Assembly (NCBI GenBank): GCA_964016885.1
Contig: OZ024755.1
Span: 38,998,001 to 39,062,000 of the forward strand
Source: Eledone cirrhosa
Lineage: Eukaryota
Direction: 5' to 3'
Length of the DNA stretch: 64,000 bases
Under the pieces are notes generated by a model. That model ran no database searches. It was not told the origin of the DNA and saw only the letters and a program-made list of their open reading frames with translations. The stretch's first letter is position 1. Every line of letters starts with the position of its first letter. This document shows, piece after piece, positions 12,813-25,136 of this stretch. Position numbers and translations under genes: made by a program.

Positions 12813-13411
12813 TTATCTGTACACCCCAGTATAAATGTGATGTATCACCAGTACCGACCTAGTTTTTTGATAATTTGGCTGGTGGCAACTGTACTTAAAA
12901 TCGATTATCAAAACAGCACCGCAGAGAGCTATTTTTAGACACACCGGACCAATGAAACATTTGTTAATACTTGAAATAAACCCTATTGTATAACTGATCC
13001 GTGTTATTCTTCACTTCTTCATTGTTAATACTCCAGAAACCGCTTATCAAAGAACTATCTGGAATCGGCCATCCGAACACCACAACTAGGTAGTAAACAT
13101 ATTGTTGAGTCAAACAACACCGAACTTTACAATCATCCACTGTACATATTACTCATAACCTCTTCTTAGATTACCTTATACGATATCTCGTTTACTTGAA
13201 TATATATATTTAAGTAAATGATACCGGTCTTGTGTTAGGATGAAACGATCGTAAGTGATTAGATATTCTAAACACTCTTTGATCGTTATTTATAAAGTAT
13301 TTCGGCTCTCTGTAATATACTTGTTATTTTACATTGAGCTGTAATTGGATAATATTTAATATTACCCACATTTTATATATACACTGTATATATATATATC
13401 TCTCTCTATAT

Positions 13412-13461
<50 letters not shown>

Positions 13462-13570
13462 AATTAGTATATCTACCAACATATATATACAGATGCATAC
13501 CTATGCTAGAAAATATATAGGTTTTGTCTTAGTAACTTTGTGGTTCAATGCAAGGGGATGCAGAACAATT

Positions 13571-14041
13571 ATATGAATGACGTAAAATAAGAAAATTATA
13601 AAATTTAACTTCCTTACTAAAATTTCACTCCAGCTAATTAGTTTCTGAAAGGGAATAAACATGGTTCCCAAATGGTAAGCATGGAGAAGCCGTTTCGTCA
13701 TCAGGAAGTCTGTTCTCAGCTAAGATACCTGGCGATGCGTGGACACAGGGAACTTATACAAAAATAATTCAGTGGATGGAAAAAAGCAAACGTGGACTAA
13801 ATTCCAAGACATTGAAAAAAATTCACTCCCTACTTGGTCGGTGGCAAATTCAAAAGAATCAATCACGTGACATCGAGGTTAATCAGTGAGGAGTGGGGTG
13901 TTAAAAAGACAGTGGCCAAGCCGTTACTATGAACTATAGTAGCAGTTTTGGCAAATTTTTGCTCAACAAAATAATTTGGAGATAATTATAAAGAAATTTT
14001 AGTAAGTAAGCTAATTTTTATAATATTCTTATTTTACGTCA

Positions 14042-14047
<6 letters not shown>
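13571..14047. repeat. Diverged inverted repeat (~65-bp arms) around a unique core
   Basis: TATGAATGACGTAAAATAAGAAAATTATAAAA... at ~13571 versus ...TATAATATTCTTATTTTACGTCATTCATA at ~14047. Confidence 0.6.
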
Positions 14048-14072
<25 letters not shown>

Positions 14073-14074
<2 letters not shown>

Positions 14075-14245
14075 CGAAGGACGTGTGGTAAGGAACCAGA
14101 TGGACCATACACACCAGAGTACTCAATACTTAGGGTAGTAGAGTGAGTAATAGGAAAATGTTCAAGACCCCGACGGCAGAGCTCAAGCCATTTCGACGGC
14201 TTAAAATGGCTTGAGCCCTGCCGTCGGGGTTTTGAACATTTTCAT
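14073..14245 (-). mobile_element. pLTR-like terminal fragment with foldback hairpin
   Basis: GAAAATGTTCAAGACCCCGACGGCAG...CTGCCGTCGGGGTTTTGAACATTTTC; same family as 1-150 and 52138-52275; (TA)n on both sides. Confidence 0.55.
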
Positions 14246-14662
14246 ATATATATATATATTATAGTTAAAACAGAAAACAAAAACAATAACGAAGGGTGCA
14301 GTACAAAGTGTTAGTATTAGGTTCACGCTTGAGAGTGGGGGTGATACACATACATATATATAATGAATAGAACCTTACTTCCCTTTCCTAATAGATATGT
14401 TTCTTTTATTTGCCACCAGGGCATCAAAAGTGGGACAAGTACAATGGGGAGTTTACACAAAAAGGCGTCTTCAATAAGGAGGAGGCAATAACAAAATATA
14501 AAAATAAAATAAAATATAACAAAAAATAAAATTTATAACAAAATCCTCAATAGAAAGGAGGCGCCTTGGGGGATCGCACCCCCCCCCCCCGAAAAAAGTG
14601 TGCAACCCTTCTCCTCAGGAGCACAGAGAGGGGGTGCTCCCTCGTTCCTTCCTCTTTTCCAC

Positions 14663-17600
14663 CTACAGGCTTATGTAAAGAGAAGGCCCATTCACACGGG
14701 CCATTCTCGCCACTTTCACCCATCTTTCATAAAAACGACTGGGGTGGAGCACCTCTCTCTCCATCCTGATCCTTCTTCCGAAATGATATCGGAAGAAACG
14801 GACCAGTTGTTGGCCAGAGAGAAAGGTGCCTGACGTCAGTCCTTTCAGACGCGTCCACCATACAACTTCTTTCACCATGGCTATTACGCACAGAAACACC
14901 GCCTCTCCTTCATCTTTGAAGGGGGAGGCGGCTTGATCATTACAATAGACTCGGTGGTCAACCGGATCGGTCCCACCCTTGACAGCAGTTGTTCGACATA
15001 GCCCCACAGATCGGCTACGCCCGAGCAGTGTACCAATGCGTGTGCAACGGTTTCCTCGTCGCACACGCATCTGGGACAGATCTTTTTGGCGGGGTCCCTA
15101 CCCGGGCGCCCGTGTCTGTAGAGCTTTTCTCGAACGGGTAGAGCCCCTCGGTAGCACTGCCAGGCCAGGGACTTCTGGAAGTTGTCCATAGGTCCCGGGC
15201 TGAATGTCCTACCGAACAGGCTGGCCAGTTCGTCCTCCTCCATGTCTAGGGCTTCTCCGAGGGCGTCGTCGCACCTGCTGCGTACCAGCCCTCTATAGAA
15301 TGTTGCGGTGGAGTCTCCACTGATAACCGGATCCGCCTGTCAGAGGGCGGTGAGCGCCTGGGCACACTCAGTGTGCCAGACGCCCAGTTTTCTCGGTCTT
15401 TACTTGACCCAGGATTGCAGCTCGGTGAGTGAGACAAGTCTGGGAAAGGTTCGTCTCACAAACGAGGCCCACACCGGTTGACCGGTGAGGAATACGTGGA
15501 GGTGCCATAGCCTTAATGCGTGTTTACGCATCATTAACCACGGCATCCCCAGCCCTCCTTTCGAAGTGTGTTGATAGCAGATGGATCTCCTCACCAAGGG
15601 AGCCCGCCTCTTCCAAAGGAATTGGAAGAGCGCGCGCTCCATCTTGGCGAGCGTTTCCCTTGGGCAAGGCACTACGGTCAGGCGGTAGTAGATGACGGAC
15701 GCTATATAGGTGTTCGCCACCTCCGCCCGACCTTTCAGGGATAGTTTGCAACTGGCCCACTTCTGGGTCAGTGCAAACACCCTTTTCGTAACCTCCGCCC
15801 AGTTCTTCTCCACCTGGAGGTCTGGTCCGAACCAGACCCCGAGCAACTTCACCGGGCCCTCCGTCCAGCGTCCGACGACGCCATCGGAGGGCTTCAGGTC
15901 TGCCCCTCCACGTGCCGAGTTGCAAACCGATCGACTTGTCCCGGTTCAGCTTAGCCCCTGTGAACCTTTCGTACTCCTCCCCGTCCGCCCCGATTTCGGA
16001 GGCCGTCGACACCATTACTGTCACGTCATCGGCGTAGGCCGACACCGCTTTCCGCAATCCCGGTTCCAAAGGGATGCCCTGCAACAACTCCAACTTCCGC
16101 AGTAGTGGTTCGAGAGTCAACACATACAGAAGGGAGGAGAGAGGGCACCCTTGTCGGATGGACCGCGCGATTTTGAACGGCTCCGAGAGGTAGCCGTTCA
16201 CCTTGACCCTACAGCAGATGCGGCTGCTGTGCATAGCAGAGATCCAGACCCTGAAAACGGGTCCGAAGCCTGCCGCCGCTAGCACCGCATCCAGGTAACC
16301 ATGGTCGACCCTATCGAACGCCTTAGATTGATCCAAGTTGATCAGAGCCCCACCAAAGCCGGGTTCGTTCCCAACCCTCTCTATGATGTATCGCATGGAG
16401 TGGAGGTTGTCATGGATGGACCTGGACGGGATAGCACATGTCTGCGCATCTCCCACCGGGTTGCCCACGACAAGCGCCAACCTCTTTGCTAGCACCTTGG
16501 CTAAAATCTGTAACTCTGTATTTAGCAGAGTTATGGGCCCGAAGTTACTTATTTCGTCCCCCCTTGTTCTCGTCCTTCCTCACTAGCGTGACTACGCCCT
16601 TGGTCACAGTACAGGGAATTCTCCCGTTCTATTGCCAGTTGCAGTAGACCGCCTCGAGGAGATCGGGGAACAATTCCGGCATAGCTAGATATAATTCGTA
16701 TGGAAGACCATCGAGACCCGGGGATTTGCGTTTGCCGCATTGGCTCAGCACGTCCTCTATCTCAGCGGCCGAAATCGGCTCCTCGCAGGACTTCGCCTCC
16801 CTGTCCGAGAGACGCGGCAGGCCGTCGAGTTATGGACCGAAGTCCACATCCCCAACCGGCTCCCCGCCCCCTCCGAACAGTCGGGCAAAGTGCCTTTGAA
16901 AGGCCTCACACATCTGCTTAGGCTCAAGAATCGCCCGTCCATCCTGGTCTCACAAAGACGGGATGGTGTATTTAGTTCCACTGTTGGCCTCTGTCACGCG
17001 GGCCCAGCTAACAGCGTTGGTCCCCTCGTTCCCTAGAGAACGTATTTTACTTCGGACAACGCAGCCTTCGTGCTTCGCGTCGAAAAACTGGCTCAAAGCC
17101 GTTCTCGACGCTAGCACTCTGGCCACGTCGCCGCTTCTAATTGCCTCTTCTACTCTATCTATTAGCTCCCTTTCCTTGCTATTCCTATCCGCAGCTAGAA
17201 CCTTACTAAATTCTATCGAGACTACTCTAATCTCTCTCTTTAGAGATACCACGACCTGCTGTTGACGATCGCTCCAGTCAACCGTTCCTTAACTAACATA
17301 CTAATTCGATCCCTGTAAGCTCTACTTGCCGGCAAGGACAAGTTGAGCTTCCAGTAACCGGGGCCCTGTCTATGCGTTCTATCAAGGTTGACCATGCAGG
17401 TCACCAACTTGTGGTCTGAATAGCCAACCATGAGCATTTCTGGACAACTTAAAAAGTCCCTGTCCTTATTTCTAACTAAAAACCTATCTAGGTACGACCT
17501 AGATGATCCGCTGCGATTTGACCAAGACCAGGTTGGCACCGTCGGAAAATCTAGTCGAAATCTATCGGCCAGGTCAAATCGGCCGAGTAACCCCTTGAGG

Positions 17601-18092
17601 CTGTTGCACCCCTCTCTATCGGGACATGCCCCTACATAGTCCCAACGTGCATCCAGGATACCATTCCAGTCCCCCACTAAAAGCAGGGAACGGGACGTCC
17701 CTAGAAAAGACTCCAGACGCTGGAAAAAGTCGGGCCGCTCTGTCCCAAAAAGAGGCATATGCGGCTACCAGCCTAAAGGCTCCGCCTTCACCACTGCCAA
17801 GGTCCAGCACCACCAGTCGACCCCCTGGGTCCAAGTGAACCATCTGTGTGGCAAGACCCAGATGTTTTTGCAGCAGAACGACAACCCCACCCCCACCTCC
17901 GGGCTGACAGAGAGATGCGTGCATCTCAAAGTCGTCAAAGGTGGGGGCTAGCTGTCGCATGCTGCTGATCCGGGCCTCGCAGATAACCATCACATTTATA
18001 GATTGTGACCTGAGGTCATTTAGAAGCATTGCTTGCTTCCAAGATGAGCCCAGGCCACGCGCATTTAGACACCCTACTCTTAGCACAGCCAT
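14663..18092 (-). pseudogene. Tx1-type ORF2: apurinic endonuclease + reverse transcriptase + C-terminal zinc finger; frameshifted
   Basis: MAVLRVGCLNARGL; VGDWN; SYLDRFL; YSDH; GPGYWKLN; LDQSKAFDRVDH; IRQGCPLS; AYADDV; CPRCVCDEETVAHALVHC. Confidence 0.92.
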
Positions 18093-18116
18093 GTTGGTGG
18101 TAAGGAGAAAAGGCAC

Positions 18117-19905
18117 TTACCTCTCAGCGTCCCGGGAAACGGGCCGCTCAATTTCCATGCTGGTTGGGGATGGGTTGTTGGGTGGGTGGTGGTTTGTGGA
18201 AGTGAAGGGGCATCAGTGTGTTGTGGGGTTGGAGTGTTTGTGGTTGAGTGGGTGTCTGGGTGGGGGGTGAAATTTTTTAGGAGGACGCGGTTGATTGGTT
18301 TGGCGCAGGGGGGGGGGGAAGGGGCACGTCCTCCGTGAAATTTATTTTCAGTGTTTTATAAAAGTTCATTGGGACTTTAATCATTTTTAAATGAGGTAGT
18401 CCCACAGCAGTTATAAAGTTAGGCCCTTCAGTTTGGACCGAAGGGTTTGCTGAAATTGTTTTCAGTAGTTCTTTGTTGTCTGTGTTCATGTATGTATATT
18501 GTAAAGTCTTTTTTTGTGTAGCAGTTAGCGTGTGACGGGGAGGGGTGGTTTGTATATAGTTTGTGTTCTCTTGGGGAGGGTTAAAGTTAACAAGTGTGTC
18601 TGTGGTGCGCCTCCTCTTCTTTCTATTTACTGTTTGGAAGGGATCTTTTTCGTCTTGCTACGAAAGGGGTTCGTCATCCTTGTTGGGTGGGAGGGTTTTT
18701 TTTCTGATAGTGCTTGCGGTGTGTGTGTTTTTGTATTTGTTTTGGGTGGGGAGGGGTTGGGCGGGACAGTATTCTGTGTTGTTTTTTCACGTGTTTGTTG
18801 TTGTTGTTGTGGTGGTGGTGGTGTTGTTGGTTTTTGGTGGTCTTGTGGTTGTTTTTGTTGTTGTTGGGGTGGTGTTGGTGTTGGTAACAGTGTTTTTTTC
18901 TGTGTGAGCTGGGGACAGGCAGCCCTCAGGTGACCTCTATTGCCACCGAGGTAACAGGAGGGATGCCTACCCTCCACAATAATGTTGAGGTGGGTACGGT
19001 CATCCAGCATGACGCGCTCAGGGATTTGGGCGATACGTTCTGGCCTTATTTGTGTCAGAACTTCAATACTCGTTCCACTGAACGCGTCGCCGGATGCCTT
19101 CCCTATTGAAATGAGGTTGTCCTCGTCTAAATTGAGGAAACCGGTTAGTAACCACCAGTAGTTTATGTTTGGGGTGATGGTGGTTATCCATATTCTCTGG
19201 GGTTTTTTTACTCATGTTGGTGGGGAAGAAGGTGTAGTGTGTGGAACGAATTGGCGACACAGAGTATTTTTTCGCCGCCAATTCATCTTTCATCAATATG
19301 GATAAACTCCCATAGAGTTTATCCTTTTGTATGAAAGTGATGTCTTTCATCGCTTCTTTCAGTACTAACTGAATTGCAGCTTGAGATGGTTGTGCTGGTT
19401 TTTTTGTTTTATTTAAAATTGTACGGAATACGACAGTTCGTAATTCCGTCTGTTTTTTTAGTTCTGGAGGTGAATTTATAGAAAACGAACCGTTTTCGCC
19501 AAAAGATACATATTTTTTGGCTTTTTCCAGCATTTCTTTGGCTTTTGAAATATCTTCAAGCACATAAATGACTGATAATTTAGCCGTTTGTGCAAAAGAT
19601 ATTTTGTTTTCGTTGTTGGTGTTTGTATTGTTTTGTTTCTCGTCGTTTGAGTTGTTTTCATCTTTGTTGTTGTTGTCTTTCTCGTTTGGTGTGTGGATAC
19701 TTGTGACGTTTGTGTTGTTGTCGTTGTTGTTTTCAGTTTCTTGTATAGTTGTGGCTACATCAAGTTGTCGGTCAACAGGTGAAGAAAATTCTTCCTCTGG
19801 CTGACCTCTGCCTTTGGCATCTGCTGCTGTGACAGTGGCAGGGGGAAGCTGTGAGTATGACTTCCCTTTTCTTTCTTTGATTGTTGGTGAAGATGCTTCA
19901 GCCAT
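18117..19905 (-). pseudogene. Tx1-type ORF1 (gag-like, zinc knuckle); frameshifted
   Basis: MAEASSPT start; IIVEGRHPSCYLGGNRGHLRAACP (decayed CCHC knuckle); low-complexity P/Q/T/N linkers; ends ERPVSRDAER* just before the ORF2 ATG. Confidence 0.75.
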
Positions 19906-20267
19906 TTTTAACAAAGAGGATTTTTCGAAATTTTTCGAAAGATAAAATGTTTACAACACTATTTCGCCTAAAGGCGTAGAATATCTTGAGAGACTGACCA
20001 GATCAAAATTTGACCTGGCAGTTTCTCTACAAAATGGTACAAAAATGAAAGTTTACAGTTCACAATTTCCAGATAAATTTAAACGAAACTTACCGAGCGA
20101 GCTCAGCACATGTGTCCATCCCAGAGAGAGATAGATAGATAGATATCATATGCTTGTATTCATTTAAATATCCATTCATATATAAGCCTATATAGACTTG
20201 TGCATGTGCTCATGTTTATAAAATCACAGTGATATCTTATTACCATATACCTGAAATTGCACATACC

Positions 20268-20303
<36 letters not shown>

Positions 20304-20778
20304 GGTGCTGCTACTCACACATTGACTAACAATATGTGAGTCAAACATTGTGTGTGGTTTTACTTAGAAACTATTGCGTTCATAGGATAACTGGCTTCTT
20401 CCAAGCAAATCAAGTTAAAAGCAACCCTTAAACTAAGTTAACAAACTTTTCTATTCATTTGCTATCGATTAATGCGAGCACTTATGTTAATTTATAGAAA
20501 GACAGTTAAGGAAAACGTTTACTTAATCCATGTTGAGCAGGGAGCTTACGTTTAGAGGTTTAGGCTTGGTTTTCTGATAGAATTTAATGATTTGAATGAA
20601 TAGGAAGGTGGCGAATTGGCAGAGACATTAGGGTCGTTGGATTTACCGTGGTTCACTATTTGATTCAGTTCATTGTGCCCTAAGTTTACATCCCGTCGAA
20701 GTTAACTTTCGATTTCACCTTTTCAAGGTCGATAAATAAAGTACCAGTCCAATATCGAGGTTGATTCTTCCTTTAAAG

Positions 20779-20884
20779 ATTTTTCTGGAAGAAAATGACT
20801 CTATTCAGACATGGAGGGGGATCAAGCTTCAGCAGGTTTAATATGTCCAAGACATGTGTCACGAAGGAACACATTTGACTTCAC
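20779..20884 (+). pseudogene. Candidate host exon with an in-frame TAA
   Basis: ttcctttaaag| IFLEENDSIQTWRGIKLQQV*YVQDMCHEGTHLTS c|gtaata; phase 0 in, phase 1 out. Confidence 0.25.
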
Positions 20885-20986
20885 GTAATAAGAGTCCTAA
20901 AATATGCTGTTCACTGATCGACGGGAAATGGCAGTCATTACATAACCTGATGCCGATAAAGATTATTATTATGAATGTTTGCAATG

Positions 20987-21172
20987 GTGGTGGATTGGCA
21001 GTAGCGGTAGAGGGTCGGACGCCATGCTTTACAGCAAAGAGTTCCGGCCCTTTATGGTATGAGTTCAAATCCTGCCGAGGTTAACTTTGCCTTTCATGAT
21101 TACGGGGTCGATAAAATAAAGTACCAGTAATACACTGGGATAATTGCTGGCCTTGTGCCAAAAGTAGAAACA
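20987..21172 (+). mobile_element. SINE family A
   Basis: Family consensus; ATTATTATGAATGTTT repeated on both flanks (TSD-like). Confidence 0.88.
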
Positions 21173-21245
21173 ATTATTATGAATGTTTTGCACACATAAA
21201 TGGGATACTTTGTCCTTAAGCTCGGGTGACAATTAGTTTCCTTAG

Positions 21246-21415
21246 GGGGCAAGAACTTTTCTGATGGTTCTTACTGTACCCAAAGAGGTTGGCTTTTGGA
21301 TCAACGCTACGTTTCTTGTTACTCCTGTCTTTCTATTCCCTATCTCACCGTTAAAAACGTGACTTACGTTTGCGGAGACATTGCACAATATCCTTATTCC
21401 CCTAGCAAGGTCCAG
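21246..21415 (+). CDS. Candidate host-gene exon (Cys/Tyr-rich, unknown protein)
   Basis: tttccttag| GKNFSDGSYCTQRGWLLDQRYVSCYSCLSIPYLTVKNVTYVCGDIAQYPYSPSKVQ |gtacat. Confidence 0.4.
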
Positions 21416-21789
21416 GTACATTACCTGCTCCTTGTTGGTCATGTTTGTGTTAGGAGAAATGTCAACAATTATACATACATGTGACAGTTTGTCTATAACT
21501 ATGTCAGCAACTCTGGTTTGTATTTATGGCCGCTTCACAATTTTAACTCAACCGTATTTATCTATCACAAATTCCAATACCGTTGAGATTTTACTCTCTC
21601 TCTCTCTGTATATATATATATATATATATAGATATATATATATATATATATATATAAAATTCAAAGGGATATATGTACATAATTAGACATAGCCACAGGT
21701 ACATAAATAATTATTTATGTGGTTGATTTCTTCGACTAAGAAGAGGAAATACTGTATATATTTTATCTAATTCTTCAAACTTGCAATTT

Positions 21790-21833
<44 letters not shown>

Positions 21834-22156
21834 TGTAATAATATATATATATGTATACACACAGAAGGAAACAAGACAGGAACAAACGAGAGGATGTAAC
21901 GATGCAATAACATGATGTGTATTAGTTTCACGCTTGAAGGAAGAAAAAATATATATGTATGTATGTATACATACATACATGCATATATAAATATATTTTT
22001 TCTTCTTGATTAGTTTTCAATTAAGATTGTATTACTTTTGCCTCATCTTACATTAACAATTTTTTCATCTTGATGGTATAGCCACTTATATGTCTAGATT
22101 ATTGTTGGCATTTTGCTTACATTAATTTCTCTATTTTCATTTATATATATATATAT

Positions 22157-22240
22157 CCGACGAGCCTTTGACTCCAGAGTCGGGCCAGATTGATATAGAT
22201 CGAACCTTGAGCTGATCAATAGCGAAACGCGCGTCACCAA
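22157..22240 (+). ncRNA. Decayed hammerhead ribozyme motif
   Basis: CCGACGA...GAAA-CGCGCG-TC; palindromic stem III ACGCGCGT; 5' arm of stem I replaced by (TA)n. Confidence 0.45.
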
Positions 22241-22280
22241 TCAATAATCATAATGAAAGCTTAACAAATCCTTCTTGTAT

Positions 22281-22350
<70 letters not shown>

Positions 22351-22559
22351 CAAGCTACACATAGATATACAATATCGTCTTTAGCTACATCCTTAAATGA
22401 GTCCAAGTAGCTATAATGGCTCAAGTTACTATATTTTGCGTAGTAGGCCTATAGTAGGGGAATTTGGGACAGATTTGGGGAGTGGAGGGGCTGGCAGCAT
22501 TTGAATTATATATATCGATACAGTGGCATTATCTGTGGCATGTGTTGGGGGTGTCTGTC

Positions 22560-22775
22560 AGTATTTGCGTTACATATACAGCTGGTGGTATTTGCGTTAC
22601 ATATAGAGCTGGCAGTATGTATCTTACATATAGAACTGGCAGTATGTATCTTACATATAGAACTGGCAGTATGTATCTTACATATAGAACTGGCAGTATG
22701 TATCTTACATATAGAGCTGGCAGTATGTATCTTACATATAGAACTGGCAGTATGTATCTTACATATAGAGCTGAC
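22560..22775. repeat. 27-bp minisatellite (~8 copies)
   Basis: Unit GGCAGTATGTATCTTACATATAGAACT. Confidence 0.9.
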
Positions 22776-22869
22776 AGTAGATGAATTATATATATATAAG
22801 AGATAGTGGCATTAGCTGTGTTTTATTTCTTCAATCTTTTTCTTCCTTGTAAAATAAAATGCCGTGGTT

Positions 22870-23945
22870 ACCTCATTTCATCTGATGTAGAATATAATGC
22901 CGAGATTCTCATTTCATCTGGTTTAGTATATAATGCTGTGATTCTCATTTCATCTGGTGTAGAATATAATGCCGTGATTCTCATTTCATCTGGTGTAGAA
23001 TATAATGCTGTGAGCTTCTCATTTCATCTGGTGTAGAATATAACGCCGTGATTCTCATTTCATCTGGTGTAGAATATAATGCTGTGAGCTTCTCATTTCA
23101 TCTGGTGTAGAATATAACGCCGTGATTCTCATTTCATCTGGTGTAGAATATAATGCTGTGATTCTCATTTCATCTGGTGTAGAATATAACGCCGTGATTC
23201 TCATTTCATCTGGTGTAGAATATAACGCCGTGATTCTCATTTCATCTGGTGTAGAATATAATGCTGTGAGCTTCTCATTTCATCTGGTGTAGAATATAAC
23301 GCCGTGATTCTCATTTCATCTGGTGTAGAATATAATGCTGTGATTCTCATTTCATCTGGTGTAGAATATAACGCCGTGATTCTCATTTCATCTGGTGTAG
23401 AATATAATGCTGTGAGCTTCTCATTTCATCTGGTGTAGAATATAACGCCGTGATTCTCATTTCATCTGGTGTAGAATATAATGCTGTGATTCTCATTTCA
23501 TCTGGTGTAGAATATAACGCCGTGATTCTCATTTCATCTGGTGTAGAATATAATGCTGTGAGCTTCTCATTTCATCTGGTGTAGAATATAACGCCGTGAT
23601 TCTCATTTCATCTGGTGTAGTATATAATGCCCCGATTCTCATTTCATCTGGTGTAGAATATAATGTCGTGACTCTCTCACTTCATCTGGTGTAGAATATA
23701 GTGCCACGACTGTCTCTCTTCATCTGGTGTAGAATATAATGCCGTGACTCTCACTTCATCTGTTGTAGAATATAATGCCGTGACTCTCATTTGATCTGTT
23801 GTAGAATATAATCTCGTGATCCTCATTTCATCTGGTGTAGAATATAACGCCGAGATTCTCATTTCATCTGGTGTAGAATATAATGCCGTGACTCTCTCAT
23901 TTCATCTGGTGTAGTATATAATGTCGTGATTCTGATTTCACCTGG
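22870..23945. repeat. 36/38-bp minisatellite (~29 copies) with higher-order structure
   Basis: Unit CTCATTTCATCTGGTGTAGAATATAAYGCYGTGATT; 38-bp variant ending GTGAGCTT. Confidence 0.95.
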
Positions 23946-24131
23946 TTTGTGGCAGCCTTTTTAGTGGATGATATTTCATGTGATGTTTGCAGCCCCACAA
24001 TGTACTTCTTGGTCCTGTTATCGCACTCACGATATTTCGACCGTATACCCAACACCCTAACCCCTGATAGAAACTATCATACAAAATAACAATAATAAAA
24101 CAACTTCAATATATGTTTCTTGTTTGTTCAG

Positions 24132-24190
24132 TTTATGACAGATGCGTGTCTCCCATTCAATGAATTCACCAATTCCATTTGTTTCTTGTT
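24132..24190 (+). CDS. Candidate host exon start; 3' boundary unclear
   Basis: tgtttcttgtttgttcag| FMTDACLPFNEFTNSICF, phase 0, compatible with the 21246-21415 exon. Confidence 0.25.
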
Positions 24191-24858
24191 AAGTCAATTT
24201 ATGTTGCTTAACATAATAAAGAAATCATATTTACTTTTGGAGATAGTTCAATATATTATTGATTTAACCAGCTGGTGCTTTAGAGAACGGGAAAATAATT
24301 CATGTAGAGATTTTGGATTCGATTTTGGAAAACAATAATGATCAATCATAATTTAAAGACATCTGTGTGAAGAAAAACAAACAAACAACTATATGAAAAG
24401 TGAACCAGACACGTATTCTGGAGAGAACTTAATGATATCCCCTACAAGAACTCAAATGGTACGAGGAAACGTGAGGACAGCTCAAATATACCATCATGCC
24501 AAATTGTTCAAGGAGAGATAGACAGAGGTGGAGGATTTGTAATTTGCTGCACCGATATTTCTCATGGGTATCAGAAGAATCCGCCCTCAACTGAAGTGAA
24601 GCAGTTTCAACTGTGGTTTAACAAAACATCTGCATGCGAGCAAGGGATTTCGGCCACACACACACATATATATATATATATAAACGTTTGTATATGTATA
24701 ATAAAGCCAAAACAATGGACAGAGAATAAAGAATGCAAATGCAAAAGATATGAATGTCACTAAACCTTCCACCACCCATCCTCATAGATTCTCACAGCCA
24801 AATTCTTCTCTATTCATTTTATTCACTCATTTATTTATTGCAGTTATTGCTCTTACTA

Positions 24859-24893
<35 letters not shown>

Positions 24894-25101
24894 AAGAGAT
24901 ATTATCTCGAAAATTAAGGACATTTAAATAAATCTAAGGTAAAATAAATCTAAGGTAAAAGGTAAAAGACTAATTGTCAACAATATCTTTTGCATTTGCA
25001 TTCTTTATTCTATGTCCATACCTGCATTGTTTTGGCTTTATTATACATATACAAACGTTTATACCTCATTACACAATGCTTCAAGTGAACTATAACCTCC
25101 T

Positions 25102-25136
<35 letters not shown>

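Larger units (their letters stand above)
14395..20122 (-). mobile_element. Near full-length L1/Tx1-clade non-LTR retrotransposon (decayed)
   Basis: 5' UTR, ORF1 with zinc knuckle, ORF2 with APE-RT-CCHC, 3' UTR with AATAAA near 14405-14410 on the minus strand. Confidence 0.9.

Noticed and set aside
13685-13710. Minus-strand CTGATGACGAAAC as a minimal hammerhead
   Set aside because: No stem II, and no convincing stem I or stem III pairing
14566-18933. Plus-strand ORFs overlapping the Tx1 LINE
   Set aside because: Antisense shadows of the GC-rich ORF2 and low-complexity ORF1
22870-23945. CRISPR array (36-bp repeats)
   Set aside because: Repeats are contiguous with no unique spacers, there are no cas genes, and the context is eukaryotic; the same applies to the other arrays
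24270-24680. Further coding-like sequence after the 24132 candidate exon
   Set aside because: Needs several frameshifts or stops, lacks good splice sites and has no recognisable motif
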